In this document: piece by piece, positions 21,939 through 37,468 of the stretch
Layout of the letters: every line of letters begins with the position of its first letter
Numbering within the stretch: the stretch's first letter is position 1
Assembly: GCA_951406725.2 (NCBI GenBank)
Contig: OX597814.1
Span: 184,822,001-184,886,000 of the forward strand
Reading direction: 5' to 3'
DNA: 64,000 nt
From: Octopus vulgaris
Lineage: Eukaryota
The notes under the pieces: model-generated
Seen by the model: only the letters and a program-made list of their open reading frames with translations
Told to the model about the DNA's origin: nothing
The model's database searches: none
Made by a program: the position numbers and the translations under genes

Positions 21939-22341
21939 CAAATCCATAGTCAGAACTAGTTGTAGGGACGTAAGCCCAATCCACCCGTCTAGTAGCAAAA
22001 TATAAATAAATAAACAGAATTACAAAAAAAAAAAAATAAATAAGCGGTAGGGTTAAAGATGAAAACCTTTTAATCATAGATCCGTTCGATCAAATTTGAC
22101 CCGGAGCAAAGCAACAACAACAAACATAATAATTACAACAACAACGGCAACAACTCAGAGAGAAATTTCAACGGGGGCAGACGGTGACCAGGCAAACTTA
22201 ACGTTTATCATTTTGACATTTTTGTCTTAATTGGGAATCAATAACCTCCATCCGTTCTCTCCAGGCATCTACCCAGGCTCTTAATCGCTACACCCATTAC
22301 TCTTTCACAGGACTTTCAACATCGGTGTTATTCATTGCTGA

Positions 22342-22368
22342 CATCATCATCACAGTCATCATCATCTG

Positions 22369-22400
<32 letters not shown>

Positions 22401-22629
22401 CCATGACCATCATCATCATCATTATCATCAACACCACCACTAACACCACCATCATCATCATCCCCACCAACACCACCCCACCACCACCATCACCACCATC
22501 AACATCATCATCATCACCGCCATCATCATCATTACCATCATCATCATTATCATCACCACCACCACCACCACCATCATTCCCAACACCACCACCAACAACA
22601 CCAACACCACCACCACCACCAACACCAAC

Positions 22630-22663
<34 letters not shown>

Positions 22664-22669
22664 TCACCG

Positions 22670-22710
<41 letters not shown>

Positions 22711-22723
22711 GTCATCACCATCG

Positions 22724-22780
<57 letters not shown>

Positions 22781-23251
22781 CCGTTGTCGTTGCCATCACC
22801 ACATCATCGTCGTCCTCAACAACATCCCAAACTTCGTCATAATCATCACCATCGTTGTCATTGTCGTCATCTCTTAATAATAAAGACCAATATAATCACC
22901 ATTACTGGCCTTAATACCCCACCCCTCACATACACACACACACACTAACATCCACATCATTATCGCCATCATCATAAATGCTGTAACGACTAAGATGAGT
23001 AGTGGTTGTTATCATTTTCATGTTCATAACCACCACCTCCACCTCCACTACCACCACTACCACCACCTCCTCATCATCATCAACCACCACTACCACCACC
23101 ATCGCCATCTTCCTTCTCATTGTATCTTCAGAATTAGACGCATCGTCAAAACCGTCTACATTATTATTATCATTTCCACCACCTTTACCATAACCATTAC
23201 CACCACCATCACCACCACCACCACCACTAACAACAACAACAACAACAACAC
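22342..23251. repeat. Compound (CAT)n/(CAC)n/(CAA)n microsatellite region
   Basis: Direct reading. Confidence 0.9.
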
Positions 23252-23253
23252 TT

Positions 23254-23450
23254 GAGGTGTAATGGCCCAGTGGTTAGGGCAGCGGACTCACGGTCGTAAT
23301 AAACTGCGGTTTCGATTCCCAGACCGGGCATTGTGAGTGTTTATTGAGCAGAAACACCTAAGCTGCACGAGTCTCCGGCGGGGGGGGGGGGAATAACCCC
23401 ACTGTACTCTTTCACCTCAACTTTCTCTCACTCTTTCTTCCTACTTCTGC
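23254..23450 (+). mobile_element. tRNA-derived SINE, family C
   Basis: A box TGGCCCAGTGGTT, B box GGTTTCGATTCCC; copies at 32341, 45808, 53735 and 57654. Confidence 0.8.
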
Positions 23451-23730
23451 CACAAAGCAGAGGAACCATGGTGTAACCCACTATGGGAGGTAAACTTTCA
23501 AACCCTAGTCTAGATTGCGAATCCCCTGTACCCCAGGATGGTTCAGCTCTCCACCCGTTAAAAACCACCGTTTACAGAATGTGGATAACAACGTAGCTTT
23601 CGCGCCCGAGCAACCGCCAGTCTATCGCGTGTAGTGGGTGGATCTTCGAGTTGCCACACGCATTCTTAGTAGCTTAGAGTAGGCTCGAATTAGAGATTAT
23701 TCTTTGTGGCTAATGGCGTGAGTCCTGATT

Positions 23731-24287
23731 GGAAGAAGAAGAAGAAGAAGAAGAAGAAGAAGAAGAAGAAGAAGAAGAAGAAGAAGAAGAAGAAGAAGAA
23801 GAAGAAGAAGAAGAAGAAGAAGACGACGAAGAAGAACAAGAAGAACAAGAAGAACAAGAAGAAGAACAAGAAGAACAAGAAGAAGAACAAGAAGAACAAG
23901 AACAAGAAGAAGAAGAAGAAGAAGAAGAAGAAGAAGAAGAAGAAGACGAAGAAGAAGACGAAGAAGACGAAGAACAAGAAGAAGAAGAAGAACAACAACA
24001 ACAACAACAAGAACAAGAAGAACAAGAAGAAGAAGAAGAAGAAGAAGAAGGAGGAGAAGAAGAAGAAGACGACGAAGAAGGAGAAGAAGAAGAAGAAGAA
24101 GAAGAAGAAGAAGAAGAAGAAGAAGAAGAAGAAGAAGAAGACGAAGAAGAAGGAGAAGAAAACGAAGACGAAGAAGAAGACGAAGAAGACGAAGAAGAAG
24201 AGGAGGAGGAAGAAGACGAAGAAGAAGAAGAAGAAGAAGAAGAAGAAGAAGAAGAAGAAGAAGACAACGAAGAAGAAGACGAAGATG

Positions 24288-24319
<32 letters not shown>

Positions 24320-24320
24320 G
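23731..24320. repeat. About 590-bp compound (GAA)n/(CAA)n microsatellite
   Basis: Direct reading. Confidence 0.95.
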
Positions 24321-24691
24321 ACATCTACTTCGTCACCATCCATCGAATTATATGTTATGCTGCACAAACCGAATGAAACTAACGTGTGTTGAATACGTAA
24401 AAACAAAAATACCGTTAATATATATAATGAAGACGCTGTTGAGTGTGGATAACTAATTGCTACTGTAACGACACTTGTCTAATTGTGTCTAATAGGGACT
24501 TAATTAAAGTGATGATGTAAACAATTACGTGGCTGTTAGGAATATAAGGGAGATAATAAATTGTAGTTGTTGCCGTAGAACAGAATTCGTGAAAGCATGT
24601 TCAGAATATAGTAATGAGATATAATTACTGGGGTAATTATATGTATACTTTGTTATATAAAGTAATTAAGGAACTAATGCACACACATATG

Positions 24692-24763
<72 letters not shown>

Positions 24764-24866
24764 CGGATTACAACATACTATATATGCATATATATATATA
24801 TATATATATATATAGAAGTATGTATGTATATGTGTGTATATATATATAATATATGGGTGTCTATAC

Positions 24867-24911
<45 letters not shown>

Positions 24912-25017
24912 TAAGAGACAGAACTTCCATAAAGTAATTCAATTAATAATGAAATATAAATTTAAATATATTATTATTAATATTGTACTAAATATTTCTA
25001 TACTAAATAATACACAT

Positions 25018-25062
<45 letters not shown>

Positions 25063-25110
25063 ACATACACACACGCACGCACACACATACACACACACAC
25101 GCACACACAT

Positions 25111-25175
<65 letters not shown>

Positions 25176-26252
25176 TACAGTTGTGTGTATGTCTGTGTAT
25201 GTGTTTGAATATGTTGATTAAAAGCATTAGAATTCATAATTATTTCCGGCAACAAGTTTTGGAGTCTACAGGCTCTGTGGACCAAATCCTTCCAGGATTA
25301 ATAAATAACTAAATGCAAAGGAAAACAAAAACAAAAACTAACAAATCAATAAAAAAACAAATCTATATACATAAATAAATAAATAAATAATATCAGCATG
25401 CATGTGGTTTCAAACTTCCTGAAGGTTTGACGTATCAGTTTAATGGGTCACTGCCCAAAATTCGAAACCTGTCAGAACGGTCTGTCAACAGCAACTCTTT
25501 AATAACTATACAAAGAGTGCACACTTCCAAAGCAAAAAAGCTTTCCCTTACCAGACGTTCAAGTTAGTAGCTTGACTAACATTTGGTTCTCAAATTCTAC
25601 ACTTCCTAATTCTTTAATTTTTTTTTTTTTAATTCAGCTAAAACATATTTGCAGTAAGGAAATCCTGAGTTTTAGTGAAATGGCAACGGTGGTAATGGTG
25701 GTGGTAGTGGTTTCTAGTTGAGACTCAAGCTGATACGGAGCAAAGAAGCATACCTTTCTGTCGAGATACTTTTACACTTTTACTTGTTTTTATTATGTCA
25801 TTTCCACGATAAATATATTAGGTTTTTCCTGTCACAGTGTTTGGCCATATAATGAAGACAGTTAATATACCCGCACACACACACACATGTATGTATGTAT
25901 GTATGTATGTCTGTCTGTCTGTATGTATGTATATGTATATATATATGAAATTTTTTTTCGTAATGAGATAAAAGACCAAGGTTGAGTAGATGTTAGAACA
26001 TTTATAGATAGGTCTTACAGCTGTTTTCAGGATATTCATTATATCCCTTCATCGGAGACGGTGTGAGAGGAAAGTTAAGTAATAGGTAGTTTAGATGTGA
26101 TACAAAATAGAGAGTGAGGTGGAGGAAAGAAAATAGATGTGAGATATGTAGGGATATTGAATTTGTAGATCCATTTTCTAGGCAAAATGGTATACTTGTA
26201 AGATTCCAATACTTTATGAGTAAAATCCAACAGTATTTAAAATTGGTCATTC

Positions 26253-26316
<64 letters not shown>

Positions 26317-27143
26317 GCATGTATGTATATGTGTGTATTTATGCATATATATACTGAACTGTTTAACACGATACTAAAGTAGAAAATAAAATGTCACTAA
26401 TTGTACAGCTATATTACTACCAAGAGTTTAAAATCTACATCATGAATCGGTTCGCTGGTAGAGCTTACCTCAGTAATTTTGATGCAGTTTTAACCCACAT
26501 AAATCATAAAAGAGAGCCAGTCTACTATGCTAAAGTACATTCAGGAGAACGTTACCCTCGCTCATAGGATGGAAATTTATCTAGACTCCCGACCTGCTAA
26601 ATAACATCATGCGATTATCTTTCAAAGCACAGACTATCGTCATTAGAAAGAAAAGAATAGGCTACTGTAGATTAATGATGTCTTTTATTATGGCGTAGTC
26701 AAATGGAAAGGCAGTTCCCATTATAACTTTCAGGGTCTTTTAGAGGGATAGGAGGAATGAAATGAGGTATCTTCATACTGGATGCCTAAACTGTATACTT
26801 GAAATAGACTGGATTCCGTTAAAGGCATCCAAGGTGACAAATGGTGATGTTAAACCAGGAGATGGATTAAGTTAACCACTTAAGCGTGCTATGGCAAGAT
26901 TTGAACTCGGAATGCAACGAGTATGAGCAAATTTTGCAAGGAAACTCATTAGGCTTTCTAACTATTTCAAGACAAGGTACTAAATTTATTGATACCATAA
27001 ACAGGAATGGCTAAATTTGACTTCAGCGGGATTTGAACAGAGATCGCAAGAAGATGTGATATGTACCACATGATTGTTCGTCGTATGTGCTGCAATGACA
27101 GAATAAAACAAAATCGAACTGTCTTCGATTATGGAAGTGCTTC

Positions 27144-27890
27144 AGGCGGCGAGCTGGCCGAAACGTTAGCACGCCGGGCGAAATGCTTAGTAGCATTACG
27201 TCTGCCGTTACGTTCTGAGTTCAAATTCCGCCGAGGTAGACTTTGCCTTTCATCCTTTCGGGGTCGATAATTAAGTACCAGTTACGCACTGGGGCCGATA
27301 TAATCGACTTAATCCGTTTGTCTGTCCTTGTTTGTCATCTCTACGTTTAGCCCCTTGCAGGTAAGTAAAGAAATAGGTATTTCGTCTGCCGTTACGTTCT
27401 GAGTTCAAATTTCGCTGAGGTCGACTTTGCCTTTCATCCTTTCGGGGTCGATTAAATAAGTACCAGTTACGCACTGGGGTTGATATAATCGACTTAATCC
27501 GTTTGTCTGTCCTTGTTTGTCCTCTCTGTGTTTAGCCCCTTGTAGGTAGTACAGAAATAGGTATTTAAAGGCGGCGAGCTGGCAGAAACGGTAGCACGCC
27601 GGGCGAAATGCTTAGCAGTATTTCGTCTGCCGCTTATCTGTCCTTGCTTGTCCCCCAACATGTTTAGCCCCTTGTGGGCAATAAAGAAATGAGAATCGTT
27701 AGCACGCTGGACAAACTACACAGCTGTATTTCGCCCGTCTCTACGTTCTCAGTTCAAATTCCGCCGAGGTTGACTTTGCCTTTCATCCTTTCGAGGTCGA
27801 TAAATTAAGTACCAGTGAAACACTGGGGTCAATATCATTGACTAGTCCCTCCCCACAAATTTCAGGCCTTTTGCCTATAGTAGAAATGAT
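27144..27890 (+). mobile_element. SINE A multimer cluster
   Basis: Three to four head-to-tail family A units. Confidence 0.85.
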
Positions 27891-28614
27891 ATAAAAGTGC
27901 TTTGTCACAGTTACCCTACGAGTAAAATTCAAGCTACATCCATTGTCAAAAATACATCAATAATATATATAATTCTTTTAATACAAAGAGAGTTCTTCAA
28001 ACATTAACTTATCATCTATATGCGTGTCCTCTCCATTTTTATAAGCTATATCTGTGTGCTTCGGCCATTTTTACACTGTGTACATATGTGAATTATCTGT
28101 CTATAAAGTCTATATATATATGTGTGTGATCTGTCGGCCTCTATACTGTGAAAATATAATTCTTTCGCTATCTTTATATCGTATACATCTATGTAATTGT
28201 GTGATCTGTCTGTTACTGTAGTGTGTATATATGTGCTTTATCTGTCTTTAAACTGTATATGTGTGTTCTCACCGTCTTTATACACTGTATCTGCCTGCTT
28301 TCTCCGACTTTACACTATATATGTTTGTGTGTATGTATGTGTGTGCGTGTGTGTGAGTGTGTGCTATGTCTGCTTTTAAATTATGTATATGTGCGTTTCA
28401 GCCGTCTTTGTACTCTAACTGTAAGTTCTGTTTCTATATATCTGTGCGCTCTCTCTGTCTTTATACTCGGTCTATGTGCTCTCTCGATCTCACTCTGTTT
28501 CGATCTCACTCTGTATTTCTCTCACTTTCCCTCCCTCCTCTCTCTCTCTCTCTTTATTCTTTATATACGTGGTTTCTGTCTGTTTTTATACTGTACATAT
28601 ATCTTTATTCTATA

Positions 28615-28872
28615 GTGGAGGCGCGTGGTTTAGTGGTTAGGGTGTCAGCACCATGAACTTAAGATTGTAGTTTCGATGCCTGGACCGGCCGACGCGTTGT
28701 GTTCCTGAGCGAAACACTTCATTTCACGTTGCTCCAGTCCACTCAGCTGGCAAAAATCAATAACGCTGCGATGGACTGGCGTCCCGCCCAGATGGGGAAC
28801 ACATACGCCGTTGAAACCGGGAAACAGGGCCCATGAACTTGGCTAGGTTTTAAAAGGGCGCATTTATTTTTT
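28615..28872 (+). mobile_element. SINE family D
   Basis: GTGGAGGCGCGTGGTTTAGTGGTTAGG head; near-identical to 30691-30950. Confidence 0.85.
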
Positions 28873-30690
28873 ATTGTATATGTTTATTCTGTTAGTCTTT
28901 CTACTGTGTACATTAATACTCTCTATGAATATACTGTGTTTATGAATGTGTATTCTGTCCTAATACATTGTATACATGTGCTCTCTCCGCTATTCTGTGG
29001 TTTACGAATTAATTTTCATTAGACTTGCTGCATTACGCTTCTGTTTAAACGAAATCGTTTATCCCACAACAGCTTCAGTGATTGTAAAATAATCCTTTAA
29101 CTTAAACCATGACTTGAAAGAATTTTAAATATGCATGTACTCCCAAATAAACATTAACGAAAATGTTTAAATTCCTGGAGAGCCTAAACATTCCCTCCTT
29201 TTTTCTTTATACATGTAGTCTGCCCTTGTTCTCTACCACAATTCCATTTGTCAAATCTCACATACGCTGTTTCTCTTTCATTCCAACAATATGAGGTTTC
29301 TAATTCTCATGACTCCTAGTTTCTAAAGCTGTTGATATGAGGACATCTTGAATGGGAATGGATAATGTCCATTCTCTTTTAGGACAGCTACCTAATTTTT
29401 ATGATTCCATCCCTCTTTTTTTTCAACTGTTTTTATAGGAAAGAAAAGCAACGACTAAAACCTTTTCCAGTGTTCCCCGAGATTCATAACAAAAAGAAAG
29501 ATAGGTCTACACAAACCAAAAATACAGCAGGAATGCTTGGAACAGAGTGATATCTGCTAAAGACACATGAAGTGTTAAAAGTTAAACTTTGCTTCGGCAG
29601 GATTTGAAATCTGATAGCAGTAAAATGGAATATATATAACGCAAGTCATTCTGCTAATGACCAAATGACCCTGCCAATTCGCCGTCTAAACACATTGGCT
29701 TTTAAAACTTTTAATATTTATAGTTCTTTACTCTGTTTTAGGTATCAGAGCTAAGGCCATACTGTAGCAACGCCTTATTACCATAGCCATTTTGAAATTA
29801 TGATTTAGTTCAGGAAATATAAAAACAGCTGAAATGACATTTAGAAATTATAGAAAGAATAATGTTTATAACAATCTAAATTCTATTCTATCTTCAGACA
29901 GTAGACATAAGCTATTTTATACGTTATCTTAAATTGAAGAAATAACGCCAATTTTCTGTCACTATATTCCACATAATAATATCATCTAACAGTTTCATTT
30001 ATATCTGCAATATTTATTTCTGTAATGCATTTCACCAGTTCTACAGAATTTCAACATTTGACCTCACTCTCTCCGAAACATTATGATAGTTTAATAAATT
30101 GCTATACTTACAATATAGCCAGTCTACTTATCTTTAAAGTGTGCAATTCCTCAAAGTAGGTATATTTACAAGTTAAAATCACTTTAATTTTCCAAGGTAT
30201 GGGCGCAGTATGCCACTACTGGAATAGTGCTACTGATCGATCCTGACCATTATCGAAGCAACCGAGAAATTGCTTTGATTCATTAGTTCTGAACCCTGAC
30301 ACGACCATTGTATGACATTAGAATTTAAAACTTGTTCAATTGTTGATTCCTATCTATGAAACAAGAATTATTTCCGTATATGATAATGCAACCACACAGT
30401 TTCAATGAAATTATCGGTAATATAGGGAAAACTGACATGGCAACAGTTTCACAGATATCAACAATTTAATCACATACTGTTTAGTATATACTTGGCAGAG
30501 CTTAACTACAAAGTTGTGTGCTTAAATTTCATTCCATTTTATTACTTTTACGAGTTCAAATTTCACTGAGAGCAATTTTGTCATTCATTTTTAACCACAC
30601 GCATTAGATTAAACCATTCCCACTAAAAGCACATTTGACATTTTTTTTAAATCCCTTGCATCGAATAAATCCAGCGCTTTTTACCGTTAT

Positions 30691-30953
30691 GTGGAGGCGC
30701 GTGGCTTAGTGGTTCGGGTGTCAGCATCATGATCGTAAGATTGTGGTTTCGATTCCTGGACTGGCGGCGCGTTGTGTTCTTGAGCAAAATACTTCATTTC
30801 ACGTTGCTCTAGTCCACTCAGCTGGCAAAAATGAGTAATGCTGCGATGGACTGGCGTCCCATCCAGCTGGTGAACACATACACCATAGAAACCGGGAAAC
30901 CGGGCCCATGACCCTAGCTAGGCTTTAAAAAGCCACATTTATTTATTAATTTA
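30691..30953 (+). mobile_element. SINE family D with 13-bp TSD
   Basis: TTTTTACCGTTAT on both flanks. Confidence 0.9.
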
Positions 30954-31245
30954 TTTTTACCGTTATATATATTCGATTTTTTATAGAAATAATGAAGGAG
31001 GTGAATAGTCAACAACTTTTAGGATAAGGTAAAAACATTATAGCTGAGAAATTTTCCATTAGGTAAGGAGGAGTATTCAATATTTGCCGCATCATATTCT
31101 TACTTTATAGAACCCATTTATTGTTCCATATTTATTTTTCCATATTTTTTCTATACAGGTTTTCTTTATAAACATCTACAGCCGGTATTAGTGGGCAAGG
31201 CCAACTTCAAGAAGTTAAATTCACGAGCAAAGGCGTGGTTTAGGT

Positions 31246-31757
31246 CTCTTTTACTTTTTTTACTCGTTTCAGTCATGTGACTGTGGCAATGCTGGAGCAC
31301 TGCCTTTAGTCGAGCAAATCGACCCCCAGGACCTATTCTTTGGAAGCTTAGTACTTATTCTATCGGGCTCTTTTACCGAACCGCTAAGTTACGGGGACGT
31401 AAACAAACCAGCATCGGTTGTCAAGTGATGTTAGGGGGACAAACACAGACACACAAACATATACACACACATACACATACATATACATATATACGACGGA
31501 CTTCTTTCAGTTTCCTTAACTCTTTATTGCCCACAAGGGGCTAAACATAGAGGGGATAAACAAGGACAGACAAAGGAATTAAGTCGATTACATCGACCCC
31601 AGTGCGTAACTGGTACTTAATTTATCGACCCCGAAAAGATGAAAGGAAAAGTTGAACTCAGAACGTAGCGGCAGACGAAATACTGTTAAACATTTCGCCT
31701 GACGTGCTAATGTTTCTGCCAGCTCACCGCCTTTTCAGTTTCCGTCTACCAAATTCA
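31246..31757 (-). mobile_element. SINE B with a nested SINE A (31520-31732)
   Basis: TTTCAGTTTCC duplicated at 31505-31515 and 31733-31743. Confidence 0.85.
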
Positions 31758-32340
31758 GCCTCTCGCGGAAATATATAATAATTTGCTTGTAACCAGCGTG
31801 GCATATTTCACTTTAATTAATTTTCATAAACGAAGTTTTGTCGTCTCATACCTTTTTTGATCACCTGATGAGAAGGATAAAATTTATGGAATATTTTGGC
31901 TACCATACTTTGAAAACATCATTCTGTAATCTATGAGAGATAACTTAAGTGTAAAAATGGCATGACTTACACAAAAAAAAAAAAAAATTGAAAATGGTGG
32001 TGATTTGTTTCTTAATAGGTGAAAATCACAAAAAGATAGTAGCAGTGGTTTGCGGCTGCAAAGAAGAGGGGAGGTAATTGAAGAAATGTTATTTCGAGTC
32101 GATTAATGTTATATATCGCTTCCAGACTGATGTCCACAACCAATGAGTTTATGAACGCGTAAATTTCAAAATTAGTTTCATTCATTCATTCATTCGTTCG
32201 TTCGTTCTTTCTTTCCTTCTCCCACACACACAAACTCACGCGCACATACATATGCATATCAATATCAATAGTTATCTATCTATCTACCATCCATATATAT
32301 ACACACACACACACATATATATGTATATATGTATATATCT

Positions 32341-32635
32341 GTGGAGGCGCAATGGCCCAGTGGTTAGGGCAGCGGACTCGCGGGCGGAGGATCGCGGTTT
32401 CGATTCCCAGACCGGGCGTTGTGTGTGTTTATTGAGCGAAAACACCTAAAAGCTCCACGAGCCTCCGGCAGGGGGTGGTGATCCCTGCTGTACTCTTTCA
32501 CCACTCTTTCTTCTGTTGGCCTGCTCGCTTAGCTAGCGGGGTGGCGTCGTTCGAAGGCTAAAACAATGCGAACGCCTTGTGACCAGCGATGTGTAGCAAC
32601 ATCTGATAGCCTGGTCGGTCACGTGATCACGTGAT
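32341..32635 (+). mobile_element. SINE family C (full length)
   Basis: tRNA head; tail ends (CACGTGAT)2. Confidence 0.85.
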
Positions 32636-32679
32636 ATGTATATATTTATCTATATATATATATATCATATATATATATA

Positions 32680-32860
32680 TATACTACATATGTGGAAAAT
32701 CGGTGTTTGTTTGTTTGCGGCTTTGTTACCTAACTCCTCCTACATCGTTTTATTGATTTTGATGAAACTTGACACGTGAGTAGAACTCATGTCTGGCAAC
32801 CTCGTAACATACTTAGATTGTTGAAAAATATCGATAATAGGGCCCTTCCAATTGACCCTT
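32680..32860 (+). mobile_element. Possible 5' part of a Helitron-like non-autonomous element
   Basis: (GTTT)n near the start and GATTTTGATGAAACTTGACAC, a motif shared with the 7019-7458 element; 3' end not found. Confidence 0.35.
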
Positions 32861-33779
32861 CTATCTACTACATATTATTAATATTTTTTTAAACAACCCA
32901 AGGGTAATAACCCATATCACCTGCAGTTTTTAGCGAAGCGATCAATTTGATTCTCACGATCAGCCGACCTAATTCTGCATTTCACTAATCAGTTTTCAAC
33001 TGCTAAACATTATTATTACACTTCCTTGATTTGAATCTTAAACCTTAAAGGCTTTCTTCATACATGTCAATGCATACATACTTTTTTGATTGTCCATTAC
33101 TCCGATAATTCTGGATTTTTACAGTCACACTTTTACCATGACAGTAGCTTTTTTTATTATTCCACAACGTATTTGTAGTGGCTTCATGCAGACATAGCGT
33201 GAATTCGATCTTCGATTGCCAAATTTCTCTTAACACAGTTGTTTCTAGCACATCTCAAGACAACCCTCCTCGTTTCTTTCTCATTCTCGAATGCATTGAT
33301 GTTTTTCAATATTTTCTCCCCATAAATACATTTATATGCTATAAAAAGAAAATTTGAAAAATTATGATTTTTGCAGCTCCACTCCCGGCCCCCGATTGTT
33401 TCTGTTTATAAATTAACATATTGGAGAGCCTGAGAAAGTTATTTCTAGCATTTATCCACTTGGTATGTAAACGATAATTCATTTTAATTGAATACTTTTC
33501 TGTTAGAAAACGTTTCTTCTTACACGCACACACGGCTTCACTTCATTTAGGTGGGTATAAAAATTAAAATTACAATTTTTTTGTTGCTTATATTCCACCA
33601 GCAGACCATGCGTGTATTACTTCGGCATTATCATTTCATAAAATGTTTAATGGGAGAAATATAGTGAGAAGACATCAATACATATGAGAGTGAAAAGGGA
33701 GGGTGGTTTGGGATGTACTAGAACCAACAACCAAATCTCTCTAGAATCGTAAAGTTTTCCTCTGAAAATATTCCTATTT

Positions 33780-34698
33780 TTTTTACTGAAAAGGCTCCTC
33801 CCACGTTTTTTAAGTTTAAAAAATTAACCAAAATCTGTCCGGAGTGGTATGGTGACCCGCTCCCCTCTCACAGGGACGTCCGGCTGGGACTTTATTAATA
33901 CAGCCTTTGTCTCAGACTTTCCAAGGATGGACGAGGCAACCAAAGTACCATGATGTTATCCCTTAAACGAGCTTACACCTAAAGAATTAAAAAAATTTTC
34001 AAAACCTTTTTTTCATAAAACGATGCCTACCCCACCCCCATCATTTCGAAGGCTCTGATGGAAAAGGAAAAATCCCCGTCAAAACGGAGTAGGTCCAACT
34101 TGTTTGGTCTTCCTGATCCGAAACTCCGTTTTTTCGAACCTCCTCTCCTCACCCACTAGGAAAAATTTTTTCGTACAAATTTCTTGATGTATACCGTTTG
34201 AAATGTATTTGCATAAAATTTCATTACAATACAAGAAATCTATTTTCATAAAAGTTATGACGGGAAAAAATTGGATCGTGTGAATTTTCCGAAACTCCTC
34301 TCCTAACCTCCTCAAAAAATTCTTTCCCATAAATCCCTATATACTCTGAATTCACAGCATGTAAGCGATATTTGTTGAACATTTTGTTAAAATGTATCCA
34401 TTTCTCTGGAAGTTATAAGGCAACAAATTTAGTGGGGTACACATCTGTAGTTTTGCCAGCAAAAAACTATTCAGTCTTCAATAACTCTAGGTTTAACTGC
34501 TTAAATTTGTGAGAACAAACCCCCAAAAGAACGTGTATCTCGGAAACCCGTCGTCCGATTTACATGAAACTTGTTTTATTCCGTTTGCATTCACATTTCA
34601 GGGGTGCTTTACTTCCAGAGTATTTTCACATTATGCACCGGTTTGGCTGTATTAAATGACAGACAAGCAAGAGTTTTAATGGTATATACATATATGAT
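33780..34698. mobile_element. Possible non-autonomous DNA transposon remnant
   Basis: Recurrent AAAAGTTAT, CCGATTTACATGAAACTT and TATCTCGGAAAC motifs typical of such elements; termini not resolved. Confidence 0.3.
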
Positions 34699-34838
34699 TT
34701 GTGCCTGATGAATACTTTTGAGGTATTTCTCAACACACGAAACTATTAGTAACACATAAAAACATGCATTGTGTCTATTCAATGATGTTTATCTCTCATT
34801 AGATGAATACTTCTCTGTTGATCTTACCATCACGGAAT

Positions 34839-34897
<59 letters not shown>

Positions 34898-35303
34898 GAA
34901 TTTATATTTGATCAGGTGATTTGAATTATAAAACTAGAATCACGGGATACATGGATACATTCAATGAAAATGAGTTCAATAGACGAATAGATAAATAGGG
35001 TTTGAATATTTTATTTGATAGAAATAGAAGGTAACACGGACTTCGAGGATTCGTTGGCAATGGCTCATCAAACTGCAAAGAATAAATGCCATCATGATTT
35101 CTAAATATACAATTTTCGAGAGAAAACTCGGTAAAAAAAAATTATAGTTTGTTTCTGTTCGTGATAAACTCCCCCCATGCTTCAAAATTCCTAATTTATA
35201 CATCTTTCAAATCATTACTTTTGACTATGTAACGAAGCGTCGCTAGTGAAATTTGTAATTCTCAGACGCTCATTATTTCTGCTACACGGTTACAGACACA
35301 CGT

Positions 35304-35882
<579 letters not shown>

Positions 35883-36140
35883 CTTTGTGAAGTGAAAATA
35901 TCATTCCTGATTTAATATTGGCAGTGTCGTACTTTCTATAAACGCTAGAAATGTGGTCATACTGAATTACAACTGATCTATGTTAAATGGTCTGTGGCGG
36001 ACAAATACGAATATTTCTGGTGCCACGAATTATCCCTTGATTTATTTACCAATTTTTGTTTTTCTTTTTTCTTATTCTTTCTTCCCTTTCTCCTTCTCCT
36101 TCTCCTCTCCCAATTTCTCCTCTTTCTTCTCCATCTTCAT

Positions 36141-36547
<407 letters not shown>

Positions 36548-36654
36548 GCCGTTGTGGTTGATGTTCTTGTCGACGTCGGCGTCGTTAACATCATCAGCAT
36601 CAGCATCATCGTCATCATCGTCATCGTCGTCGTCTCATCGCCATCCTCATTAGA

Positions 36655-37059
36655 CTGGTGGATTGGTAGAATCGCTGGAGTATGGACAAAATATCTTGCT
36701 CTATTTGTTCCGGCTCATTACGTTCTGAGTTCAAATCTTACCGAGGTCATCTTTCTAATCCATCTGCGCAGGGTCGATAAATTAATATGCAAGTCAAGTA
36801 CTGGGGTCGACCTAATACACTAATCCCAGTAAATCCTACTGAAATACCTAGCATTTTTTCTACATGAAAAATCATTATTATTATTATTATTATTATTAAG
36901 GCAGTGAACTGGCAGAATCGTTAGCAGCATTTCGTCTGTCTTTTCATTCTGAGTTCAAATTCCGCCGAGATCGACTTTGCCTTTTATCCTTTTGCAGTCG
37001 ATGTAATCGATTAGCCTCTTCCCCCCAAAATACTTTCAAGACCTTGTGCCTAAAGAAGA

Positions 37060-37060
<1 letters not shown>
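36655..37060 (+). mobile_element. Two diverged SINE A copies separated by (ATT)n
   Basis: TTCTGAGTTCAAAT motifs at about 36723 and 36947. Confidence 0.65.
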
Positions 37061-37119
<59 letters not shown>

Positions 37120-37269
37120 CCAAATCTAAACAAATTACCCAGTAAATACGCAATGTTGCTCTGTCATGCCTGTTGAGATATACTCTGTAGGCGCAAGAAG
37201 ACTGAACATGGAAACAAAATGATCAATGGTTTCATTTTGTTGTTTAGATACACGTCAAGGTGGCCTGTT

Positions 37270-37468
<199 letters not shown>

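Noticed and set aside
23690-24406. Poly-E / poly-K / poly-F ORFs over 200 aa
   Set aside because: Translations of the (GAA)n tract.
31864-31885. CTGATGA motif
   Set aside because: No stem II followed by GAAA; chance occurrence.
32341-32420. Possible tRNA gene (A and B boxes)
   Set aside because: Continues into a SINE body and is dispersed in several diverged copies; it is a tRNA-derived SINE head, and the same applies to the B and D heads.
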